Part shown: piece after piece, positions 1-8,118 of the stretch
Numbering within the stretch: position 1 is the stretch's first letter
How the letters are laid out: each line of letters starts with the position of its first letter
DNA from: Myxococcota bacterium
GTDB taxonomy: Bacteria > Myxococcota > UBA4151
DNA: 17,839 nt
NCBI GenBank assembly: GCA_040260805.1
Contig: JBDQPD010000068.1
Location: 1-17,839, forward strand
Direction of reading: 5' to 3'
Notes under the pieces: model-generated
Databases searched by the model: none
The model's input: the letters and a program-made list of their open reading frames with translations, nothing else
What the model was told of the DNA's origin: nothing
Made by a program: the position numbers and the translations under genes

Positions 1-244
1 GCACCCGTTAGGCTGGGCCGCTGCGCTCATGCCCCTGGCGGCCTGCTGGGTCGTCGGTTGGTTCATGGCGCGCCGCGTCGGCTGGCCTTATCACCGCTTC
101 GTCCTGGCGCCGCTGACCACACCGATGCTCTGGTTCTCGCTGCTCAACGGCTTGCTCAAAACCTGGCAACGCGGCGGCATCGACTGGCGAGGGACGCTCT
201 ACTCGATCGATGAGCTGCGCGCAGCGCAGCGCATCAAGCTCTAA
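1..244 (+). CDS. 3' end (partial) of a probable family 2 glycosyltransferase, membrane-associated (HpnB/CruC-like C-terminus)
   Basis: Frame is open from position 2 (HPLGWAAALMPL...). Hydrophobic helices are followed by GGIDWRGTLY, matching the C-terminal 'xWRGRxY' motif of lipid/carotenoid/hopanoid GT2 enzymes. The catalytic domain lies outside the window. Confidence 0.6.
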   Translation, partial: HPLGWAAALMPLAACWVVGWFMARRVGWPYHRFVLAPLTTPMLWFSLLNGLLKTWQRGGIDWRGTLYSIDELRAAQRIKL

Positions 245-1408
245 GGCGCTAGAATCGGAAGCTGCTTCAAGCGCTCACCAGCCCGCTCGAGCAATGCCAA
301 GCTTTTACAAAAGGCGAAGCGAGCTAGTTGTCGGTCCTCATCGCGCCCCGTCGGGTAAAAAGGCGAGGCAGGAATACAGGCGACACCGACCTCACGGGTT
401 AGATAATGGGCAAAGTCTCGATCCGACTCGAACCCTAAATGCCCAATATGACTCATGACAAAGTAGGTCCCCTCGGGCGCCCAAACCGGCAGACCGCTTT
501 GTTTTAGAGCCTCGAGCAATACCGAGCGGCGCTCGGTGTATTCGGATCGAAACTCATCATAAAATGATTCGGGTAGATCGAGCGCAAAGGCCATCGCCTG
601 CTGAAACGGCGTCGCCGTCGCAAAGGTCAAAAACTGATGCGCCGACTGAGCGGCTCGGATCAGATCTTCTGAGCCATGAGCGTAGCCTATTTTCCAGCCG
701 GTCATCGAGAAGGTCTTACCGGTTGAGCTGATGGTAAGAACCCTGTCCTCAAAGCCTGACAGGCTCGCCATCGGCACATGCTCACAGCCAAAGGTCAGGT
801 GCTCGTAGACCTCATCACACACAACCAAAACCGTCGTGGCGATCGCACAGCTCAGCTAAGAATTTTAAATCCTCTAGGCTAAAGACCTTGCCCGACGGGT
901 TGTGAGGCGAATTCAGCAAAAGCAGCTTGGTCTTGTCGCTAAACAAGACCTCGACCGCCTCTTTATCCATGGCGAAATCAGGCCAGCGCAGGCTGGCGAT
1001 GCGCGGCGTCGCGCCGACTAAGCTGAGTAAGGGCAGATAGCTGTCGTAGACGGGCTCAAAAACGACCACCTCATCGCCGCGATCAACCAGACCAAGGATC
1101 GCAGCAGCCAAGGCCTCGGTGGCTCCCGAATACACGCCCACCTCAGTCATCGGATCTCGTACTAAACCGTACTGGCGCTCGACTTTACGGCTCACCGCCT
1201 CGACCAAAGGTCGATGGCCCTGGCTGCGAGCGTATTGGTTCGAGCCCGAGCGCAGCGCCTCGATCGCCGCCTCTTTAATCGACTCAGGCCCTTCAAAGTC
1301 CGGAAACCCCTGCCCAAGGTTAATCGCATCATGCTCGCTCGCCAGCGCGCTCATCTCGGCGAAGATCGTTGTTCCAAAGGGTCTCAGCGCAGCCGAGGTC
1401 AAGGTCAT
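241..1408 (-). pseudogene. PLP-dependent class I/II aminotransferase (YbdL/DapC/kynurenine aminotransferase-like), split by a +1 frameshift near 827-832 (real pseudogene or sequencing error)
   Basis: ORF 815..1426 gives TTIFAEMS, AINLGQGFPDF, NQYA, GATEAL, EPVYDSY and LNSPHNPSGKVF. ORF 241..828 continues with CDEVYEHL, the PLP-lysine motif SSTGKTFSMTGWKIG, GTYF and RFAFCK. Removing one base from GACGGTTTTGGTT joins the two into HD(V/G)LVVCDEVY. Likely start is ATG at 1408. Confidence 0.9.
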
Positions 1409-1485
1409 GAGCGCAGCTCCAATCACACCATGTACGGTGGAATTTTGCGGGTCGGTGCCTTAGAGGTAGAGCCAACGCTCAGGCT

Positions 1486-1503
1486 TGCAAAGGGCCCTTT
1501 GCA
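1486..1503. promoter_or_regulatory. Perfect 18-bp palindrome TGCAAAGGGCCCTTTGCA in a divergent intergenic region
   Basis: Self-complementary sequence read directly. It covers a purine-rich AAAGGG and the A of the ATG at 1503. Function is inferred. Confidence 0.45.
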
Positions 1504-2396
1504 TGAACGCAGATGCCGAAAAGACCAGCATGAACGAAGCGCCCTTTGCGCTCGTTCTAGGGACCGCTCAAGACGGAGGCTTACCGCATGCCGGCTGTCA
1601 GCGGCCTTGCTGTCAGGCTGCCCGCCGTGACGTCAGCTTGCAGCGACTGCCCGCCTCGCTGGCTCTGGTCGACCCTCGCGCCGAGCAACGCTTTATCATC
1701 GATTGCTCACCAGAATTCCCCCGCCAGCTCGAGCTGCTCAACCGTCACAGCGACGCCGAACTCGGTCTCAGCGGAGTGCTGCTGACCCACGCGCACATTG
1801 GTCACTACACCGGGTTGATTCACTTAGGCCGAGAGGTCATGGGCACCCGCTCGCTGCCGGTTCATGTCATGCCTTTGATGGCCGACTTCCTACGGACCAA
1901 CGCGCCCTGGCGGCAGCTCATCGACTTTGGGCATATTGAACTCAAAATACTCCAGGCTGATCGCCCGTTAGCGCTCACCGATCAGCTGTCGGTCACTCCC
2001 ATCCTCGTCCCCCACCGAGCCGAAATTTCTGAGACCGTCGGGTTCCGGGTCGAGGGCCCCTCGAGCCGCGCCTTTTATCTGCCCGATATCGACGACTTTG
2101 AGTCGTGGGAGCGTCCACTCGAAGAGGTGATCGACGGGGTCAGCAGGGCCTGGATTGATGGCACCTTCTTCGACGCGAGCGAATTGCCCGGCAGAGACCT
2201 CAGCGCCATCCCGCATCCCTTGATAACCGAGACCCTTGCTCGCCTAGCGGCGAGTGATCATGAGCTGCGCAGTAAAGTGCATTTCATCCACCTTAATCAC
2301 AGCAACCCGGTCTGCACGCCAGGCAGCGACGCTTTGAATCAGGTGCATGAGGCGGGCTGCTCGATCGCTCAAGAGGCTGAGGTGATGTCGCTGTAG
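1503..2396 (+). CDS. Metallo-beta-lactamase-fold protein, PqqB/PhnP-like
   Basis: LGTAQDGGLPHAGCQRPCC (PqqB/PhnP-type N-terminus with Cys cluster), IIDCSP, THAHIGH (HxHxxH), VPHR, PDID, DGTFF, HLNHSNP. Start is ATG 1503 or 1530. No other pqq or phn genes are in the window. Confidence 0.85.
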   Translation: MNADAEKTSMNEAPFALVLGTAQDGGLPHAGCQRPCCQAARRDVSLQRLPASLALVDPRAEQRFIIDCSPEFPRQLELLNRHSDAELGLSGVLLTHAHIGHYTGLIHLGREVMGTRSLPVHVMPLMADFLRTNAPWRQLIDFGHIELKILQADRPLALTDQLSVTPILVPHRAEISETVGFRVEGPSSRAFYLPDIDDFESWERPLEEVIDGVSRAWIDGTFFDASELPGRDLSAIPHPLITETLARLAASDHELRSKVHFIHLNHSNPVCTPGSDALNQVHEAGCSIAQEAEVMSL

Positions 2397-2422
2397 ACCA
2401 CCAGGGCGATAAAGCCGCGATC

Positions 2423-4246
2423 TTAGTGAAGATCGTGTTCGGCGAGCATCTGATGCTCCACCATCGACCGCCAAACGGCTCGAAATGTCACCGTAGCTGG
2501 CGCTTGGTGTGCGTTCATAAAATCGTGGATCTGGTCCACATCGCCTTCGATCAACTTGGAGAGTAAACCCATGAGCTGCACAACCATAGGCCCTAATAAG
2601 CTGAGGTCTTTGGCGGCTTCGGCGTTAACGATCGGTAACCCTTGCGCCAGCGCCGCCTGCTCACCGCGCAGGTACAACAGCCAGACGTGAAGTACCGCGC
2701 CTTCCAAATCCAGCCCAGGTTTTAGCTCCACTGGAAAGCGCTCGCCTGCGGTCCACAGATCGTCCCAGGCGCCCTCTAAATTGTCCGTTCGCAAGTGGAA
2801 GAACGCACGGTTCAAAACAATCGCTGCGCAATGGTCTTCATGAGTCGCTTCACGAAACACAGCCTCGGCTTTGTGGTTGAGCTCGAAGAAGGGTTCGCCC
2901 TCGCCGTGGTCGAGGTAGTATAATGCTAAATTGACGCGAGCAGCAGCCGCCGAGAGCGACATATGCAAGGTATCATATTCGGTCACGAGGTCACTCAAGA
3001 TGCGCACCGCCTCATACTCACCGCGCTCGACCAGCAACATGCCCAGCTGCAAGGTGATCTCACGCGCTTCAATCTGGTCGCCTTGCTCACGCAAAACGTC
3101 GAGTGCAGCGCGCATGCCAGCCTCTGCTTTCTCTAAAGAGCCTTCCATCCGGTCGAGCTCAGCTAAGCAGCCGCGCGCTCGAGCGGTGACTCGTAGATCG
3201 TCCGTTTTCCACGACAAGACGAGCGCCGCGTCAGCCGCCTGACGAGCCTCTTTAAACCGGTATAGGTAGCGTAAAAGCACGCTCTCATCGAGCAAGGTAC
3301 GGCAACGTAAAATAGGGTCATTGAGCGCTTCAAGGTCATGCAAGACCTTACGCACCAACTCCAAGGCATAGACATACTTGCCTTGATTGGTTTCGACGAT
3401 GGCTTGCTCAAGCAGACACTCCACCAGCAAATGCTCTTCGTTCAACCACTCAGCGACCGCTTGTAAGGCTCGCAGCTCGAACCGGGCGCCATCGAAATTG
3501 CCACCAAATCGTTCGATCTGAGCGCGCGTCAGCAGCTGAAACGCCACGCCTTCCATCTCGCTGTTCAAGTCCGCTCGGGCGACCGGGCGACCGGCTGTAT
3601 CCTCGGTGACCACTCTGCCCAAACGAAGCGGCGGGAACTCAATCGGCCACCAGGCTGAGGCGACCATTTGATGCACGGAGACCTTTTGCTTCATCCCGCG
3701 TACGGCGGTCGGACCCAAACTACTGACGATAGCTTTATCGGGCGATCCGGAGCGCTTGAGCGTATCCTCGGAGATCAGAGTTTGAGCGCCGTGCGCCATG
3801 TCGCTGAGTCGCGCTGCGATATTGACCGAAGCCCCAAAGTAGTCGGCTCGGCCGCTCAGCTGATTGGTCCTAAGCTCGGCGGCGCCGTAATGCATCCCGA
3901 TGCGCACACGCAGGCCCAAAGGCCCTTTGAGACCGCGCTTGCGCTGCTCAGCTTCGAGCGCTTCGGGCCAGGTCATCCGCGCCAAGGTCTGCTGGACCAG
4001 TTGCGCAAAGTGAATCGCATCGCGGGGCTCTTCAAATGCGATCATGAAGGCATCGCCTTCTGCTTTGACCGCATATCCGTTTTGACTCGCGCAAGCGGCG
4101 TGCATCAGCGCATCGTGAGCACGCAATGCGCGCCCCATCGCCTCAGGCACCGCTTCCCACAACGCCGACGAGCCTTCGATGTCGGTAAAGACGAAGGTTG
4201 GCTTGCCCTCGGGTGGCTTCACATCGCGCACGGTCAAGCCGGTCAC
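2423..4246 (-). CDS. Class III adenylate cyclase with C-terminal TPR-like helical repeats
   Basis: FVFTDIEGSSALWE (metal Asp 1), VKAEGDAF (ATP-specifying Lys, metal Asp 2), LRVRIGMHYG, ADYFGASVNIAARL (Asp, Asn, Arg) are all intact, followed by about 370 aa of TPR-like helices. Start is uncertain (GTG 4246, TTG 4237 after GAGGTG, or GTG 4231; the ORF is open to 4297). Confidence 0.9.
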   Translation of the reverse strand: MTGLTVRDVKPPEGKPTFVFTDIEGSSALWEAVPEAMGRALRAHDALMHAACASQNGYAVKAEGDAFMIAFEEPRDAIHFAQLVQQTLARMTWPEALEAEQRKRGLKGPLGLRVRIGMHYGAAELRTNQLSGRADYFGASVNIAARLSDMAHGAQTLISEDTLKRSGSPDKAIVSSLGPTAVRGMKQKVSVHQMVASAWWPIEFPPLRLGRVVTEDTAGRPVARADLNSEMEGVAFQLLTRAQIERFGGNFDGARFELRALQAVAEWLNEEHLLVECLLEQAIVETNQGKYVYALELVRKVLHDLEALNDPILRCRTLLDESVLLRYLYRFKEARQAADAALVLSWKTDDLRVTARARGCLAELDRMEGSLEKAEAGMRAALDVLREQGDQIEAREITLQLGMLLVERGEYEAVRILSDLVTEYDTLHMSLSAAAARVNLALYYLDHGEGEPFFELNHKAEAVFREATHEDHCAAIVLNRAFFHLRTDNLEGAWDDLWTAGERFPVELKPGLDLEGAVLHVWLLYLRGEQAALAQGLPIVNAEAAKDLSLLGPMVVQLMGLLSKLIEGDVDQIHDFMNAHQAPATVTFRAVWRSMVEHQMLAEHDLH

Positions 4247-4319
4247 CTCGTGTAAATAATATGCAGAGGAGCTACTCACCTGATCGTTTCGGCGCAAGCA
4301 CGAAGGCTATAGTTTTCAT

Positions 4320-4341
4320 CAGCGTTTGGTCTCAAACGCTG
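4320..4341. promoter_or_regulatory. Inverted repeat CAGCGTTTG-GTCT-CAAACGCTG, putative operator in the divergent cyclase promoter region
   Basis: Perfect 9-bp arms with a 4-nt spacer, between the divergent starts at ~4246 and 4455. Confidence 0.5.
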
Positions 4342-4454
4342 CCCAAAGACGCTGGGTCGGTGACACGCTAAACGGTTCGACTCAGAAGACTGATTACAAG
4401 CTGTAACGATCAAACCTTGAGCATAAAGCCCCTAACGAGATAGGGACGTCGCCC

Positions 4455-5696
4455 ATGGCTCTGAAACACAACCTTCACGAACTCCAAGCTCGATTGACCG
4501 ATTGGTTGATCGATGTTGAGCGCCTCAATGAGCTCCCTGCGCAGCAGCTGCATGGGATGGTCGAGCAGTTTGACGCAGCAGGGATAGATTTGGTGGTGTG
4601 TTCGTCGCTGGCCCACACCCTGCACCCCCAAATTGAGCTCTTCGCCCAACGCTGGCGACGACACCAAACGTCTGAGATTAGCACCAGCAATACCGACCGA
4701 ATTATCGACCAACGAACCGTTCCAGGCACGCTCGGTGATGTGGACATGTACTTCGTCGAACACGGACACAGTCACGAGGTCATGTACCGCAACAGCCCCT
4801 TCTACGAGGTTCAAACTCGAGAGACCTCAGTGCGCTGGCAAGCGGGTTCCTCGAAGCCACAAAAGCACTACCCCATCTACGACGATCTCGAGCAACGCGG
4901 AGCGAGCGACTACTTAGCCATCAAAATCCCATTACAGGCTCCGTTTGAAGCTGGGTTTAGCTTCGCGACCGACGCTCCGGATGGCTTCCCCGAAGGATTT
5001 GAAGGTGTCCTCGCTCAGCTCAGTCCACTGATCGGCTTGGTCCTGAGTTTTGGACTTGAGCGGTTGAGCCTGAGCGAAATCCTCAAAGCGTATCTCGGCA
5101 AAGGGCCTGCTCGGCGAGTGCTCGGCGGCCAGATGCGACGAGGACAAATTGATCGCGTCGTCTCCGTGATCGGGTTTGCCAATCTAAGCGGATATCGTGA
5201 GCAGGTCGGCGGCATCGATGATGACCACCAAAATCAGCTGCTCGATCATTTCTTCAAGCAAATTTATCAGGCGATCACCCCCTTGGGCGGAGAGATCTTA
5301 AAGTTCATTGGCGAGACCGTGCTCTTCGTCTTTCCCTATGATGACGAGCGCGCTGACGAATGCTGTCAAGCGGCGCTCCAAGGGACCAAGAGTCTCCTCG
5401 CAGCGCCTCAGCTAGAGGTCAAACATGGTGACCTCAGGTTCTCAACTCAAGCGGCTCTGCACGTGGGCGAAGTCTCTTCAGGTAATATTGGCTCCGAGGG
5501 GCGCTTAGATTTCACAATCATGGGTCATGCGGTCAATCTGACAGCGCGATTGCATCAGCTTGTAAACACCCGCAATGAACGCCTTATTCTGTCGGGTGAT
5601 TTCGCCTCGATAAGCGACCAAAAATTTAAGACTCTGGGCACTTTCCCGCTCAAGGGTGTGGATCATCTGCAAGAGGCATTTACCCCATATGACTAG
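4455..5696 (+). CDS. Class III (IIIb-type) adenylate cyclase homolog with GAF-like N-terminus; both metal-binding Asp lost (putative pseudo-cyclase subunit)
   Basis: TLHPQ, SPF, GASDY, YLG..PARRVLGG..RRG, then GFANLSGY (D to N, codon 5181-5183), ILKFIGET (D to E, codon 5313-5315), LHVGEV..GNIG, RLDFTIMGHAVNLTARL and LKG. Confidence 0.88.
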   Translation: MALKHNLHELQARLTDWLIDVERLNELPAQQLHGMVEQFDAAGIDLVVCSSLAHTLHPQIELFAQRWRRHQTSEISTSNTDRIIDQRTVPGTLGDVDMYFVEHGHSHEVMYRNSPFYEVQTRETSVRWQAGSSKPQKHYPIYDDLEQRGASDYLAIKIPLQAPFEAGFSFATDAPDGFPEGFEGVLAQLSPLIGLVLSFGLERLSLSEILKAYLGKGPARRVLGGQMRRGQIDRVVSVIGFANLSGYREQVGGIDDDHQNQLLDHFFKQIYQAITPLGGEILKFIGETVLFVFPYDDERADECCQAALQGTKSLLAAPQLEVKHGDLRFSTQAALHVGEVSSGNIGSEGRLDFTIMGHAVNLTARLHQLVNTRNERLILSGDFASISDQKFKTLGTFPLKGVDHLQEAFTPYD

Positions 5697-6942
5697 CTTC
5701 AATCCCACCGACAATTCGGCCAGGGAGGCGCTATTTTCAGCCCTCAAAAGCTGTACAATCGATACGGCGCGGCTGGGTGAAGAGACCGACCTTTACCTTC
5801 ATCCTTTGATGCGCTGCCTGAACGAGCATGGCTTAAAAATGGGTGGCGCAAGCCTGGTGCTCAAGACCCGGCACCCACAGGTCGAAATGATGGTCCAACG
5901 ATGGCGCCCTAAACGACTGGATGAGGTCGAAGTCGGTGCGCTTGATACGATCGTTGGGCATTACGCTAATGTCGACCAACAAGGGACCATAGAAGTCTAC
6001 CTGCTCAAGCATGGGCACTCCGACCAAGAGCTCTACCAAAAAAGTCCCTTCGCTCGAGTTGAAGAGCATCAGACGCTGCACAGTTGGCGGCTCAGTGAGC
6101 ACATCGACCCACCGAGGTTTCCCATCTTTAAAGACCTCGTCGCTCGAGGCGAGACCGAATACATGGTCCTGCCGATCCCCATGCCTCAACCCTATCAACT
6201 CATGATGAGCTTATCGACGTTCGCTGCCGAGGGCTTTCCCCCCTACTTGAGCCAAGTGATGCGCGAAATTGCGCCTTATCTCAGGTTGTCGATGGCGCAT
6301 AAAATTGAACGCATCATGATGACCGAGTTGCTCGCTGCCTACCTCGGGCGCAAACAGGCGCAGCAGGTGGCTTCAGGCCGAATTCGACAAGGCGACTTAG
6401 AGTCGATCAACGCAGTGGTCGGGTTTATCGATCTGCGCGGTTTTACGTCCCTAACTGAGCGCTTGGATGGTGAGGCATTGGTCGCAACCATGAGCTCTTT
6501 TTACAGAGCGATCGATCGATCGGTCGCCAAACATGGGGGCGAGATCCTCAAGTTTATCGGCGACGGTTTGCTCTTTATGTTCGCAGGCGATGACGCGCAG
6601 CTTAACCCCTGCCAAAACGCAGTCGATGCGATGCTCGAGCTCGATCAGCGCATCCGCGCCAGGAACGCTCGAGAAGGCTCGGTCCCGATCCGCTACGCCG
6701 CCGCCTTGCACCAAGGCTGGGTTCGCTACGGAAATATTGGCGCTCCAAACCGACTCGACTTTACCGTGATCGGCTCCACGGTGAATCGAACGGTGCGACT
6801 TCAAGAGCTCGGCGCCGACCACGACCTGACCTTGGTGATTTCGCCGCAAATCAGTCAACAGATTAGCCAAGCCAATAGCAGCCTTGGGACCTATGAAATT
6901 TCTGGTTTCAACGACCAGTTTTCAGTGCATGTTTTGGAGTAA
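5689..6942 (+). CDS. Class III (IIIb-type) adenylate cyclase with GAF-like N-terminus, catalytic residues intact
   Basis: GFIDLRGFT (Asp codon 6430), ILKFIGDGLL (Lys 6550, Asp 6562), YGNIG, RLDFTVIGSTVNRTVRL. ATG 5689 has AGAGG upstream and overlaps the previous stop by 8 bp. Paralog of 4455..5696. Confidence 0.92.
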   Translation: MTSFNPTDNSAREALFSALKSCTIDTARLGEETDLYLHPLMRCLNEHGLKMGGASLVLKTRHPQVEMMVQRWRPKRLDEVEVGALDTIVGHYANVDQQGTIEVYLLKHGHSDQELYQKSPFARVEEHQTLHSWRLSEHIDPPRFPIFKDLVARGETEYMVLPIPMPQPYQLMMSLSTFAAEGFPPYLSQVMREIAPYLRLSMAHKIERIMMTELLAAYLGRKQAQQVASGRIRQGDLESINAVVGFIDLRGFTSLTERLDGEALVATMSSFYRAIDRSVAKHGGEILKFIGDGLLFMFAGDDAQLNPCQNAVDAMLELDQRIRARNAREGSVPIRYAAALHQGWVRYGNIGAPNRLDFTVIGSTVNRTVRLQELGADHDLTLVISPQISQQISQANSSLGTYEISGFNDQFSVHVLE

Positions 6943-7182
6943 ACACCCGAGCCTGGAAGCGCTCAACCCAGCCAACATTCGTCCAGCCACGTCGACGCCA
7001 GGCGAGCGACCCCAAGCGCAGCGAAGGTCCAGCCGGCCGACTGTAGGCGCCGGCGCTCGACCCATTTTTGAACCGGCTCGCCAACGCCGCCCTATCGACC
7101 GAATTAAAGCCTGCCGAATACAGCATTTGCAGCGAGCCACTATTGGTGCGATTGGGCTGCCGACGACACGGAACGAGGCAAC

Positions 7183-8118
7183 GTGAGATCCATCCAACGG
7201 CTGTTACCATTGATCGGACTTTCGGTCCTTTCGTTAGGCTGCGCTAGCCTTCCCTCGGCGCCCCAAGGCCGAGCGCTAGCCTTCGACATGGAGCGGGTCG
7301 TCAAAACCCAAGAACAGCTGGGTTGGGGTATCGACCGAGTCGAAGCCAGAAACGCCGAAGAAGATGTTTTAGCGAGCGTTTGTCGGGCGAGTGAAGGCGA
7401 ACAAAAGGCGGCGCGCTTGGTCTTGGAACAGCGCCTCGCACGGCTTGGCGGTCCAGCGGCTACGAAGTGGCAAACGGGCGAGCGCTCGATGACCAAACTC
7501 AAGCCCTCGATGACCACCGAGCGCAGCTTGAAGCTCTTGGAGCATGGGCTCTCGTTGTCCGAGCGGGGCGACTGCCCCTTTTGGTGGAAAAAGATCGAAC
7601 CTTATGAAGCGCGCCAGAACCCGATGCCCGCTCGGATGGTCTCATTGGAGAGCTCCGGGCGAGCCTATGCTCAGATCGAAGACGGTGCGCTCAGCGCAGG
7701 CGGTGGCGGCGCTTCTAGGCTTGTGCTTGGAGGCCGTATCGCGCCCAACTGGTCGATGTTCACGACCCTGGAATTTGGCGGCGGCGGTCGCTTTGATTCG
7801 ATCGGCTTGAACCAGCCGATCGATGTCCCTGACCTGTTGCTTATTCCGGCGGCTTTGATTCAGCTTCGGCGACAAATTGGAACCTGGTACGTCTTTAACG
7901 AGATCGGTCCCATGATGTTCTTTACCAAAGAAGAGAGCACACCTCGTTGGGGCGTTCGTAACATTCTCGGTGCCGCTGCGGTGCGACTTAGGATCGGCCC
8001 AGGCATGCCCATCTTTGGCGCACAGATCGGTCTGGACTGGATCGAGCCAGGCGTCGCCGGAGCGCCGATGTGGCAGATCTTCGCCGGCGGTAACGCAGGC
8101 TATATTCTGCCCTTCTAG
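7183..8118 (+). CDS. Hypothetical lipoprotein; helical N-domain plus beta-strand-rich C-domain
   Basis: GTG start preceded by GAGG; signal peptide MRSIQRLLPLIGLSVLSLG-C with lipobox; Gly/aromatic beta-strand pattern in the C-half; ends in F. Confidence 0.75.
   Translation: MRSIQRLLPLIGLSVLSLGCASLPSAPQGRALAFDMERVVKTQEQLGWGIDRVEARNAEEDVLASVCRASEGEQKAARLVLEQRLARLGGPAATKWQTGERSMTKLKPSMTTERSLKLLEHGLSLSERGDCPFWWKKIEPYEARQNPMPARMVSLESSGRAYAQIEDGALSAGGGGASRLVLGGRIAPNWSMFTTLEFGGGGRFDSIGLNQPIDVPDLLLIPAALIQLRRQIGTWYVFNEIGPMMFFTKEESTPRWGVRNILGAAAVRLRIGPGMPIFGAQIGLDWIEPGVAGAPMWQIFAGGNAGYILPF

Noticed and set aside
1503..2396. pqqB of a PQQ biosynthesis operon
   Set aside because: No pqqA/C/D/E nearby and no ExxxY precursor peptide noticed; called only PqqB/PhnP-like.
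2423..6942. Pycsar/CBASS-type anti-phage system
   Set aside because: No cNMP-binding, TIR or TM effector gene is adjacent, and the specificity residues (Lys plus Asp/Thr) point to ATP rather than pyrimidine substrates.
6943..7182. Small ORFs or an ncRNA in the 240-bp gap (ORFs 6884..7186, 6908..7210, 6922..7197)
   Set aside because: No recognisable motifs, overlaps with real genes, and no convincing stable structure or RNA family signature.
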